Of a stretch of 64,000 nt of DNA, positions 1-9,459 are shown piece after piece. The notes beneath the pieces were generated by a model that saw only the letters and a list, made by a program, of their open reading frames with translations, ran no database searches and was not told the DNA's origin. Source of the stretch: Methanotrichaceae archaeon (GTDB lineage: Archaea; Halobacteriota; Methanosarcinia; Methanotrichales; Methanotrichaceae). Every line of letters begins with the position of its first letter. The first letter of the stretch is position 1. The DNA is taken from NCBI GenBank assembly GCA_963748825.1, contig CAVVKN010000009.1, positions 64,001 through 128,000 on the forward strand, written 5' to 3'. The position numbers and the translations under genes are program-made.

Positions 1-155
1 TTGGTGGTCTTATCTGGTGTAGCCGTCTGTGCGGCAGCATCGGATGCCACCGTTTGCGCGACAGCATCGGATGCCGCCGTTTGCGCTGAAGCTCCAAAAA
101 TGATAGATGCCAACAATAGCATGGTGATCATTATTCCATAACGAGTTCTTATCAT
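1..155 (-). CDS. Secreted protein, N-terminal part (runs off the window start)
   Basis: Manual translation MIRTRYGIMITMLLLASIIFGASAQTAASDAVAQTVASDAAAQTATPDKTT. Signal-peptide-like N-terminus; AGGTGA Shine-Dalgarno at about 162-167 on the minus strand. Confidence 0.75.
   Translation of the reverse strand, partial: MIRTRYGIMITMLLLASIIFGASAQTAASDAVAQTVASDAAAQTATPDKTT
31..84. repeat. Two 27-bp tandem repeats encoding AQT(A/V)ASDA(V/A)
   Basis: gcggcagcatcggatgccaccgtttgc followed by gcgacagcatcggatgccgccgtttgc. Confidence 0.85.
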
Positions 156-551
156 GATTATTCACCTAGAGTTCTATACATTCTTAAGGTATATAAATTC
201 GTATCATAATTTTTTTTAGTTTATGTCTAATATTCTATTAATATACGTTGATGCCTATTAATTAGATTCAATTAGCTTTCTAAACTTGCTAGTCAAGATT
301 ACTATTTACTTTTTACTTATAAGTTAGATCTGCATCATTAGGCCAAATTCGATCATGTAATCTTCAATTAGATATATAGCTTCCACTTAAATATCATTGA
401 ATTATCGAAATTTAGTTATAAACTGATTTTTCCCTGACATATTGATTATGCCATAACCGCAAGTGTTATTAGGCCAGATACTAATGACCACGACAGCGTA
501 ACATATTAATATATTTCATACTAATTGGGATCAGAGCAAAGAGGTTATAAT

Positions 552-1499
552 ATGAACGCCGAAAAATTTTATCACTTGAGAATTGCAGTCTGCCTGGTAT
601 TCCTGGCTCTATTCATCGAACCTACCTCCGCAAATCCTGTATATTTAAACTTGATGATAGATTCCAATATTCCTATGAATTCAACGCAAAATGAGACGGA
701 TTCAGCTTTCGGATTGATACAGAATCTCACAAATATATTAGACGACCGGGGCCTGAATGCCACTATATTTGTGACCCCGGAAATGGCCACCGCCCAGAGC
801 ATATTAGTTACAACCCTTGGCATGAGAGCGAGCCATGAGCTTGCCGCGAAGGTAACCGATCAGAACTTAGGCAGAATGCCAGCTTCCGAACAAGAGGCCT
901 ATCTGAAGAATGTGAAAACCGTGATAGACTCTGCTCATATTTGTGAAGGCCCCAGCGCCAATACTATAAATACCAGGGGATTCATGTTGCCCCCCTCTGC
1001 CCAAAATGAGGACGTCTATAAAATTCTAGATACGATGGGAGCCGTTTACGATGCGCGGTTCGATCAAGGGATCGAAAACCAGTTGGGTCATGAAAAAGAC
1101 ATATGGCCTAATCGCATAGAAAACCAGATTCTCTATGCAGTTACCATCAGCAGCTATCTCTCAAATGGAGTGCAGGTTTTGCTGTCTGATCGTATTGTAA
1201 AGGAAGAAAAGGGACTGAGTGGACATCAGTGGCTCGATCTTCTCGTGGGCAGATTCGATCAATCGATCCGAGACAGCGTGCCTATGGTGGTGCTCATCAA
1301 TAGCAGCATATCAGGCTCTGGCGATTATCTGGATGCTTACACTGAATTTATAGGCTATGCAGCTATGAAGAACGCCAGCTTCGTTTCCACTTTGGAGATG
1401 GTTAATGATGCCAGGGCCAGAAATCCTTCCGATCACGTCCGACCTGTAATAGCCAAAACAAATTGTCCTGAATGCGATAGGATGAAGAGCTCAGACTGA
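552..1499 (+). CDS. Secreted polysaccharide deacetylase-like (NodB-type fold) protein
   Basis: Signal peptide, LDDRGLNATIFVT and SHELA motifs typical of the deacetylase fold; GAGG upstream of ATG 552. Confidence 0.6.
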   Translation: MNAEKFYHLRIAVCLVFLALFIEPTSANPVYLNLMIDSNIPMNSTQNETDSAFGLIQNLTNILDDRGLNATIFVTPEMATAQSILVTTLGMRASHELAAKVTDQNLGRMPASEQEAYLKNVKTVIDSAHICEGPSANTINTRGFMLPPSAQNEDVYKILDTMGAVYDARFDQGIENQLGHEKDIWPNRIENQILYAVTISSYLSNGVQVLLSDRIVKEEKGLSGHQWLDLLVGRFDQSIRDSVPMVVLINSSISGSGDYLDAYTEFIGYAAMKNASFVSTLEMVNDARARNPSDHVRPVIAKTNCPECDRMKSSD

Positions 1500-1634
1500 A
1501 GTATCATGATGATGGCCCCCAGATTGACATAAAACCCTCGCCTTAGTGTTCATCCTAAACAGAAGCTCGGTAGTTCGGCTCACGTACACAGGAGAATGAG
1601 AAAGAACTCCAGCTCTGCTCTATCTACCATATTT

Positions 1635-2060
1635 TTAAATATCGATCTTTATGCCGAAGAGCGTCTCGAATTTTTCATATTTGGCCCGGGCTCGATAGAG
1701 GTTTTGCCGGATATAGGGCAACCCTTGCTGGCAGGCCAGCATGTCCCTGATCTCAGCCTGGGTAAAGACCGCATCTAGCTTCTCTTTGGCAATTGAGGAT
1801 ACACTCACCTTTTCCGTGCAAATCTCCAGATCAGAGTCGCCCTGCCAGTTCCACTGCCTGTCATAGCGCATCAGAATAAGGTGCTCATTCTTGCAGCATG
1901 CCGAGACCAGCCAGTTCGATTCTGTGCAATGATATGCCAGGCTCTCCAGGTCCATCTCACACTTGCTGCAAAATCCGACCATATTGCTCTCTAATGAGAA
2001 CGGTTCCAGCCTTCTTCCTTCAAAAATGAGATTATGACTCTTCTCATCAAGTTGGTTCAT
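1635..2060 (-). CDS. Hypothetical protein with CxxC motif and further Cys/His residues
   Basis: 141-aa ORF overlapping the dapB stop (ATGA coupling). Confidence 0.7.
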   Translation of the reverse strand: MNQLDEKSHNLIFEGRRLEPFSLESNMVGFCSKCEMDLESLAYHCTESNWLVSACCKNEHLILMRYDRQWNWQGDSDLEICTEKVSVSSIAKEKLDAVFTQAEIRDMLACQQGLPYIRQNLYRARAKYEKFETLFGIKIDI

Positions 2061-2827
2061 CTTGACTTTAAGACGTCCGCCATGCTGTAAATTCCGGGCT
2101 CTTTACCGACTACCCATTCTACCGCCCGCACTGCGCCGCTGGCAAGTCCGGTTCTGCTGTGCGCCTGATGTTTTATCTCCAGCCGCTCGCCGGGCCCTGC
2201 GAAGAGAACGGTGTGATCTCCTACAATGTCTCCACCGCGCACGGCATGCACTCCAATCTCTTTTCCTCGCGGCATGACGCCTTCCCGGCCATATATGATC
2301 TCCTTTTCGCCCAGAGCCATCTTTATCACCTGCGCTGTGGCCAGAGCCGTGCCGCTGGGGGCATCTTTCTTCTGATTATGATGGGCTTCAATGATCTCGA
2401 TGTCGTAGTCCTTCAGGGCCGCCGCTGCATCAGCTACCAGCTTCCAGAACACATTTACGCCTAAGGAGAAGTTGGGCGATATGACCGCAGCCACATGGCC
2501 TTCTATGGCTTTTTTCATCTGGGAATGCTGCTCTGGAGAAAAGCCGGTAGTTCCCACCACAAGATCAATTCCAAGGCTTGCCGCCGTGCATACGTTATTT
2601 ACAGCCGCCTTGGCAATGGTAAAGTCGATGAGCACATCCGGTTTGCTCTCCCTTAAGACCGACTCCAGTTCCGAGGCATCTTTGACAATAATGCCGCCTG
2701 GCAGCTCCTTTCCAGCCCCGATGGCATCCAATCCGGCCACGAGCTGCATGTCTTTTGCCTTGGCCGCCTCCTGGATGATCAGGGTGCCCATGCGCCCCAG
2801 GGCGCCGGTAATGGCGATGCGCGTCAT
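2057..2827 (-). CDS. dapB: 4-hydroxy-tetrahydrodipicolinate reductase
   Basis: GALGRMG, GTTG and EAHHNQKKDAPSGTA motifs. Confidence 0.97.
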   Translation of the reverse strand: MTRIAITGALGRMGTLIIQEAAKAKDMQLVAGLDAIGAGKELPGGIIVKDASELESVLRESKPDVLIDFTIAKAAVNNVCTAASLGIDLVVGTTGFSPEQHSQMKKAIEGHVAAVISPNFSLGVNVFWKLVADAAAALKDYDIEIIEAHHNQKKDAPSGTALATAQVIKMALGEKEIIYGREGVMPRGKEIGVHAVRGGDIVGDHTVLFAGPGERLEIKHQAHSRTGLASGAVRAVEWVVGKEPGIYSMADVLKSR

Positions 2828-3702
2828 GCTCTCTCGCCTAGCCTTTCCAGGATCTCCTTTAACAATTGCTCTTTCTCAGGAGCCATTGCCGCCAGAGGAA
2901 GACGCATTGGCCCGCCGGCGCATCCCAGATATTTTTGAGCCGTCTTCACAGGAATGGGGTTGGTCTCCAGGAACATGGCTCGCACCAGGGGAGCAAGCTC
3001 ATAGTGCAGCGACCTGGCCTTCTCGAAGTCGCCCTTGAGAGCGGCATCCACCATGGCCACCGTCTTTCTGGGAGCCACATTGGCCACCACGGAAATTACA
3101 CCTTTGGCGCCCAGAGACATGATGGGCAGGGTCAGATCATCATCTCCCGAGAGTAGGACAAAGTCGCTGCCCCGGGTCTGCTCGATGATCTGAGATTGCT
3201 GAGAGAGGCTTCCACTGGCCTCTTTTATGGCCACGATATTCTTTACCTTGGACAGTTTCGCGACCAATTCCGGCTTGAGATCGATTCCGGTTCTCTTGGG
3301 AACATTATAGAGCACAATGGGAATATCGCACTTCTCGGCGATAGTCCTGAAGTGCTCGAACATACCCCGATCATTGGGCTTGTTGTAGTAAGGCGTGATC
3401 AATAAAGCGGCATCTGCGCCAGCTTTGGCCGCATGGCGTGTCAGCTCCAAAGCCTCACGGGTATTGTTTGAGCCCGTACCCGCGATAACCGGCACCTTGG
3501 AAGATTCGACGGCGATCTCCACTACCCTTTTATGCTCCTCAAAGGTTAATGTGGCAGACTCACCAGTTGTGCCGCAGGGAACAATGCCTGCTATGCCGGT
3601 GTTATTCAGGTACTCAATATTCTTCTTCAGTCCCTCCTCATCCAGGCTCTCATCTTCTAAAAACGGCGTGATTATAGCGGGAAACACGCCTTTAAGCATC
3701 AA
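2824..3702 (-). CDS. dapA: 4-hydroxy-tetrahydrodipicolinate synthase
   Basis: GTTGES, PYYNKP, YNVPKRTG and IKEASG motifs. Confidence 0.97.
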   Translation of the reverse strand: MMLKGVFPAIITPFLEDESLDEEGLKKNIEYLNNTGIAGIVPCGTTGESATLTFEEHKRVVEIAVESSKVPVIAGTGSNNTREALELTRHAAKAGADAALLITPYYNKPNDRGMFEHFRTIAEKCDIPIVLYNVPKRTGIDLKPELVAKLSKVKNIVAIKEASGSLSQQSQIIEQTRGSDFVLLSGDDDLTLPIMSLGAKGVISVVANVAPRKTVAMVDAALKGDFEKARSLHYELAPLVRAMFLETNPIPVKTAQKYLGCAGGPMRLPLAAMAPEKEQLLKEILERLGERA

Positions 3703-3910
3703 TCTCGACCTCGCCTCGGCGAGTGCGTCTCTGCCGCATCACATTGGAAATATATCCTGCCACACGATTGCGTATGGTCTTATTTTTGATGTCGGTATAC
3801 TCGGATACCTTCAGCTTATTCTGTTCAAAGTCAGGACTAAATGAGCTTTCGTAGGTTCTCAACAGATCCATCGCGAAATTCTTGATATAACTAGGTTTTA
3901 CGCTTCCCAT
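3692..3910 (-). CDS. rps17e: 30S ribosomal protein S17e
   Basis: MGSVKPSYIK...FEQNK...IRNRVAGYI. Confidence 0.95.
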   Translation of the reverse strand: MGSVKPSYIKNFAMDLLRTYESSFSPDFEQNKLKVSEYTDIKNKTIRNRVAGYISNVMRQRRTRRGEVEIDA

Positions 3911-3995
3911 AATCAACACTCCAGCTAGAGCAATTCTTTGTGCATCCTTGCCCCACCAATTTATATCTTCCTGTCCTCCCGGCTACCAGCTATCC

Positions 3996-4832
3996 TTACC
4001 GCTTGCCGGGCGATGCCCTTTTCGAAAGATCGCATAAAACCCGGTAGCGATTTGCCTCCTGCCGCAAGTATGCCGCCTGGTTGACCGGCCCCACGCCCTT
4101 TCCCACCCGCATGCTGCCGAGAAGCGCCCTTTCTGCGAACTTCTTGGCTTGGCGGGCCGCCTCTTTCAGGGGACTGCCCAGGGCGAGAAATGAGGTTAAT
4201 GCGGCCGAATAGGTGCATCCTACGCCGTGGTTTTCGCCCTTTACCCTTTCACCCGGCAAGAGGATCAACTCTTCACTCGCCACCAGGAGATCGGTGCAGT
4301 CCAGATGGCCGCCCTTAACGATTACGGCCTTCGGCCCAAGCTGCAAGATCTTTTGGGCGGCCAGATAGGCACTGTCTCTATCGCGAACCTCTATTCCCGT
4401 CAGAGCCTGGGCTTCGAAGATATTGGGAGTTACAACCCAGGCCAGCGGGATGAGATGTGTTTTTAAGGCCTCTACCGCCTCAGGTCGAAGCAGCCTGCCG
4501 CCAGCTTCCGCCTCGATCACCGGATCTAAGACAAAGGGAATATCTGTCAAACGCATGTGATTGGCCACAGATATCACAATCTCAGCGGAGTGGAGCATGC
4601 CCGTTTTGGCAAAAGATATGGAGAAATCATCGGTGATCGATTTGAGCTGCTCGACTACTATCTCAGGTCCCAGGCCATAGACCCTTTGCACACCCAAGGT
4701 ATTTTGGGCGGTAATAGCGGTAATAGCGCAGGTTCCATGCAGTCCCAACACTGAGAAAGTCTTGAGATCCGCCTGAATTCCAGCCCCGCCCCCTGAGTCC
4801 GAGCCGCCTATGGTAAGCACGACTTGTGGCAT
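3996..4832 (-). CDS. thiD: Hydroxymethylpyrimidine/phosphomethylpyrimidine kinase (ThiN domain absent)
   Basis: GSDSGGGAGIQADLKT, TPNIFEA, KGGH and HGVGCTYS motifs. Confidence 0.93.
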   Translation of the reverse strand: MPQVVLTIGGSDSGGGAGIQADLKTFSVLGLHGTCAITAITAQNTLGVQRVYGLGPEIVVEQLKSITDDFSISFAKTGMLHSAEIVISVANHMRLTDIPFVLDPVIEAEAGGRLLRPEAVEALKTHLIPLAWVVTPNIFEAQALTGIEVRDRDSAYLAAQKILQLGPKAVIVKGGHLDCTDLLVASEELILLPGERVKGENHGVGCTYSAALTSFLALGSPLKEAARQAKKFAERALLGSMRVGKGVGPVNQAAYLRQEANRYRVLCDLSKRASPGKR

Positions 4833-4856
4833 TCGTTTCCTTTTTTAGCCCGGTGA

Positions 4857-5408
4857 TCAAGAGATCTTCTTCTCTGCCGCCTGTACCATCTCTTCCGGCA
4901 GCTTGTACTTTTGAGCGATCTTCAATGCCTTGCGGTAAAGGCCGGCTTGCATATGCTGCTCATAGGACTTCATGGCCGCCTGCTGCACCATTTCTTGGGG
5001 AAGCTCGAATTCCTCGGCTATCTCAGCCGCATTCTTGATCAGACCAAAGCTCATGCTCTTGTTATAGGCCTGGACGGCTGCCTCCCGGACCATATCTCCG
5101 GAAAGGCCGTATTCTTTGGCATAATCGGCAGCAGCCCGGTAAAATTCGCTGTCGATTTTTCTATTGAATGATCGCTCGGCAGCTTGCAGTCGAAGATCTG
5201 CAGGCAGATCGTACTTCTTGGCCAGATCCGCGGCAAGAGAAAAGTCGCCTTTCTTCATATTGGCATCGTACGCTTTTCGGACTGCGTCTATTAGCATATC
5301 ATTTGGCAGACCTAAGTCGGACTTGATCTTTGCCGCCTCCTGGTATGCACCCAGATTCATCTTTACGGCAAACTGCCTCGCACCTTCGGCCAGCTTACTA
5401 TCAGCCAT
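4857..5408 (-). CDS. Hypothetical alpha-helical repeat protein (about five 34-aa units)
   Basis: Repeating G/E-x-Y-x-x-A-A-x-x-A-x-x-Y-x-L-P pattern; GGAGG upstream of ATG 5408. Confidence 0.8.
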   Translation of the reverse strand: MADSKLAEGARQFAVKMNLGAYQEAAKIKSDLGLPNDMLIDAVRKAYDANMKKGDFSLAADLAKKYDLPADLRLQAAERSFNRKIDSEFYRAAADYAKEYGLSGDMVREAAVQAYNKSMSFGLIKNAAEIAEEFELPQEMVQQAAMKSYEQHMQAGLYRKALKIAQKYKLPEEMVQAAEKKIS

Positions 5409-5519
5409 AGCATCCTCCATAAAGGTCATTATACTTTTTATGCAATGCGATTCTATACAATGCTCTTATGCAATTACTCATGTACAATTACTGTTATTGC
5501 CCCAAAGAATAAGAACTTA

Positions 5520-5942
5520 TCAGCCCTCAATATCCCTATCCCGGAGATTGGTAATAAAGGCATACTGCGTGGTGGTCGGAAGCTTTCTTCGTAGTTCCCT
5601 TACCTCAGGAAGATAGATTATGATCTGCTTTGCATGCGGTCTTTCTTTGCCTAGGATCTTGCTGACAAGCTCCACTTCCGCCTCGCCCTGCACCCGGGCG
5701 GCGCCATTGCCAAAGTCAGGAGACATCTCAATTAGCATTGGCAGTCGCAGGCGGCTCCAGAGAAACCTTGGGATGCTCGTTGAGATCAGATCCAGTTCGG
5801 CCTTATCAATGATGAAAAAAGTATTATCCTTTCCCTTGATGCCGGGCTTTTCCATAGTCATAAGTTCGGTCAAATTGATTCGCCTATTGGGCAGGTGCTG
5901 GTTCATGGTCTGGATGGTCTTGACCAGCATATTCTTGTTCAT
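5520..5942 (-). CDS. DUF61-like archaeal protein
   Basis: MNQHLP...LRLPMLIE...IYLPEVRELRRKLPTTTQYAF. Confidence 0.8.
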   Translation of the reverse strand: MNKNMLVKTIQTMNQHLPNRRINLTELMTMEKPGIKGKDNTFFIIDKAELDLISTSIPRFLWSRLRLPMLIEMSPDFGNGAARVQGEAEVELVSKILGKERPHAKQIIIYLPEVRELRRKLPTTTQYAFITNLRDRDIEG

Positions 5943-6422
5943 CCCCTGTCCATCTTCGGAAAATGCCATCCTAACCCTTTATGCACTCTGGCAACTTAAA
6001 GGTAACCGTTATCGATGTCAAAAAAATGTTTGTTGCATTGCGCTCTTCGAGGACTCTGCAATTTCGGTTAATGCAAATGGCTCTTCGCGATTTGGCAAGA
6101 GCAAGCAATACTCTGGCAAGTCGTCCTTGAGGGAGACAATCTTTTTGGGCATGGTTTTAAGCTGATCAGTATTTTAGTTTAGTATCAATAATCCAAAACT
6201 TTTTTAATAAGGAATCCGTACTTATGGTGCGGACTTCGATAAAGGAGAAAGAATCTTGATGCAAACCAGATTAGAAGAGATGCAAAATTCGGCTGAGTAA
6301 GAGTGAACCGCTGCAAAAATGAGTATGCTTAAACTCAAAATAATGAAAAATATGGAAATTGGGGACAAAATGGCCCCAAATCTGCCTATAATAAATTGGT
6401 TTATCAAATGGGAGGGACTAAT

Positions 6423-7214
6423 ATGGAAGAATACAAAAAAGACCGGAATGAAGTCAAAACTGTGCTCTTAGTCGAGGATGAAGAGGCCCATGCAGAAATT
6501 ATCTGCAGAGTATTTGAGGAGAACAGCCCGGAACTGTCTGTTAACCATGTTACATGCATCAGTGATGCTGTTAAATGGCTGGAATTAAATAAAGAAAATA
6601 ATCCTCCGCTGGTTATCTCCGATTACAATCTTCCCGACGGCAATGGATTAGAACTTACAAAAGGTGCTGCCAGCCCAGAAGAAGTTGGGTTTCCCCTCAT
6701 CATTCTCACAGGAGTAGGCTCGGAAAAACTCGCGGTTCGTACTCTTAGATCAGGCGCTTTAGATTATGTGGTAAAGAGCAATGAGGAGCTGCACCAACTT
6801 CCAAAAATAGCCAAGTACGTACTTCGTGAATGGGATTTAATATTGGAACGAAGAAGTGCAGAAAACGAGCTAAAGGATTTCATAAATGATCTGGATGGTG
6901 CTAATAATCAGTTAGAGGATTTCTTGGATGGAATCTCAAGGGACCTGGAGGATTCAATCTCTTCCATCCGTGACTTCAGTAAGATCTTGCAGGAAAAATA
7001 TGCAGATAAACTAGATGATGCTGCAATGGCGGACTTGAAGAAGGTCGAAGATGCCACGGAAAGGACCAATAAGCTATTAGATAAATTGTTCGAGTATGTT
7101 GTTCCTATTTACTTTGACAGCTCGCTAATTGGCATATACAATACTAAATTGGATATGTTAAATAGAAATGAGATGAATATAATAAATAGAAATGAGATAT
7201 TAGCAAAAATTTAA
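6423..7214 (+). CDS. Response regulator: REC domain plus degenerate HisKA-like helical tail
   Basis: LLVEDE, ISDYNLPDGNG, ILTG and DYVVK motifs; C-terminal ISRDL...EKYADKLDD. Confidence 0.85.
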   Translation: MEEYKKDRNEVKTVLLVEDEEAHAEIICRVFEENSPELSVNHVTCISDAVKWLELNKENNPPLVISDYNLPDGNGLELTKGAASPEEVGFPLIILTGVGSEKLAVRTLRSGALDYVVKSNEELHQLPKIAKYVLREWDLILERRSAENELKDFINDLDGANNQLEDFLDGISRDLEDSISSIRDFSKILQEKYADKLDDAAMADLKKVEDATERTNKLLDKLFEYVVPIYFDSSLIGIYNTKLDMLNRNEMNIINRNEILAKI

Positions 7215-7804
7215 AATTTAACGTAGCTGTTAGCCATATCAGATCTCAAGTTAAACCAAGTTATGCATACAGTCGGCACACAATCACAGGTAGTTTGCTC
7301 GATGATGGATTAGCGGGGCCTTTATGATGCCCGGGAAACGAGAGACCGTGCATAGAAGATAGGCCGGATGGCGTGACCTGTTATAATGGATGGTTAGGCA
7401 GATGAGCACTTACTCAGGCCACAGACAAGTCATATCCTTTTTCAGTGCTTTGATGCCGGCGAGATTAATTACGCTCGGCTATCGGGCACTGATGGTCTTG
7501 TTTAGATATTACCAAGATTTAAGCAACAACGAAAGCAATTCGCGTAGGAAAATTTGTCTATATTTGGCACTTTCTAGAAATCGAGTGATTTTTCAACTTT
7601 TCCAATACCATGATCGCACACATCTTCCTATTGCCACCAAAGTTTGGTATAATTTTGTCTCACATACTAAAATTGTTGTGTCTACATCATAGTATTCTCT
7701 AAATAATAGCTTAACTTTAAAAAATAATTTTTAAAAATTTTAACTTCCGACGGCAGCCTTAGCTAGAAGTTTTTTTACAAAATATAATATAAATAAACTA
7801 ACCT

Positions 7805-9115
7805 TCATTTCCAGTCCATGAAAGGAATGAAGACAAAGAATGCTTCGATCAAGGTCTTTTGTGGTATTCCAAACATTCCCCATCTTTTTAGACGAGAAAG
7901 CTTCATTTGTTCTTCGATTCCAGGGACTTCTAGCTGTTGTTTTCTATGAGTCTTCAAGCTACAAGAATAATAATTTTCTAGTGGATTATTGGTTGCAGGA
8001 GCGCCATCGAATAATTGGAAGATCATAAGATGTTGCCAATCCTTCTCGATTTGCTTTAATCTTTTTTGAATTATAATCTTAAATACACCTATTTCATTCA
8101 TTAATTCATCCAAATTTTTCTTAGCATCATATAAACTTCTTGTCTCCATATTCCTATGATTTCTTCTTCGTTCCTTCTCCAAACCATAAACAAACTTTTT
8201 AAACCATTTCTGTGCTTCTTCTAGCCATTCCTTGTATGTCTTTTCGCCTCGTTTTTTCATCTCTTGCTCTTCTTCAATCAGACATGAAAGCCATTGCATT
8301 TCTGCGGTCCTATTATAAAATATATTTAATATTCTATATTTCAATAGTTCTTCTTCGATTGTTGTCTTTTTCGGAAAATCATTGACTATGAGCTTGTCCT
8401 GATGAAACAAACAGAATTGATGGGCCACTCGATTTCCAAAAATTTTCCTGAATATTTCATCATAGCCTCTATAAAGATCCGTCACTATAAATATAGGTTT
8501 ATGTACGTCGAGGTTTCTTCGAAGGAAATCCTCGATGGTTGCCCCATCTTTTGAGTCGAATAACTCATCTGCAATCACTTGTTTCGTCCTATAATCGAGG
8601 AGAGTTAGTCGGTATTTCTGACTTCTACCTGTCTTGGGATGTTGCTCATCATAGTGAACAAATTGAACATCTTCGATATTGGGAACCACCATATTGTCTG
8701 TCGCAGATTTGATCATCGTGCAAATGGTGTCCTTGCTGCGCGGATAGATGTAGTTTGATACTTTCTCGATTACCTCCAGGGAGACATGATTAACCCTCAG
8801 GAGCTGACAAAGACCGCCAAATAATCCGAAAAATGCGCTCGTAGCGTTCTCCCAAAACCCATGTTCTTCCTCAATATTTTTGCTGCAATTGGGACACAGA
8901 TATTTGCCGATCTTAACATCGCCGAGTAGCCTCTTGGTATGATTATTGAAGCCATTATGGTTCATGGGAGTCCCGCAATCAGTACATAATTGTGGTTTAA
9001 TTTTGCGGAAGATTCCATTCGAAGTGTACTCGTAATCGTCCGAATATCCCTCGAAAATCGCTTTCAACTGTTCGACGAAGGGAAAGTTTTTCATGGTAAG
9101 CTGTATTTGTGTCAT
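7805..9115 (-). mobile_element. IS transposase (DDE type with N-terminal Zn ribbon); family and element ends not determined
   Basis: CTDC...CPNC, HYDEQH, IVTDLY, HQFCLFH and ATNNPLENYY motifs; low GC relative to core genes. Confidence 0.85.
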
Positions 9116-9212
9116 TGAAGGGTCACACAGGGTACATTTCGCTTGAAGATTAAAATATTTTCGGGTGGATGTATCCTGCCTTCACTATATCACTGGATTT
9201 CTAGATTGTGCC

Positions 9213-9450
9213 CTATATTTTAGAAATAATCCGTCGGATATTCCGGGGTTGCACCAGCTTCTTAAGGAGATCTTGCCCAAGAACACCGTATTTAAAGCCA
9301 CGAACTGGAGCACAATTTTCCAGGATATCGGGAGGCATCATGCGTCTTAATGCTAGGATGATACATAAAGAGAACCTGATCCACCTCGTCATAGAAGACG
9401 TCACATCAAACGGCCATAGATGCCTGCTTGACCAATTTGAAAAAAGATGA
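9213..9450 (+). pseudogene. Frameshifted remnant of a CheB/CheR-type C-terminal PAS domain
   Basis: Stitched frames read DIPGLHQLLKEILPKNTVF..ELEHNFPG.IGR.IMRLNARMI..LIHLVIEDVT. Confidence 0.7.
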
Positions 9451-9459
9451 AAAGGATTT

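Noticed and set aside
6018-6152. 44-codon minus-strand ORF MPKKIVSLKDDLPEYC...
   Set aside because: No clear SD, motif or paralogue; cannot be distinguished from a chance ORF.
7390-7692. 100-aa ORF next to the IS
   Set aside because: No recognisable motifs and atypical composition; probably non-coding or degraded sequence.
7746-9238. TCCGACGG (7746) and CCGTCGGA (9231) as IS terminal inverted repeats
   Set aside because: Only 8 bp match, no target duplication is seen, and the right copy lies inside the CheBR-like remnant. The IS ends remain undefined.
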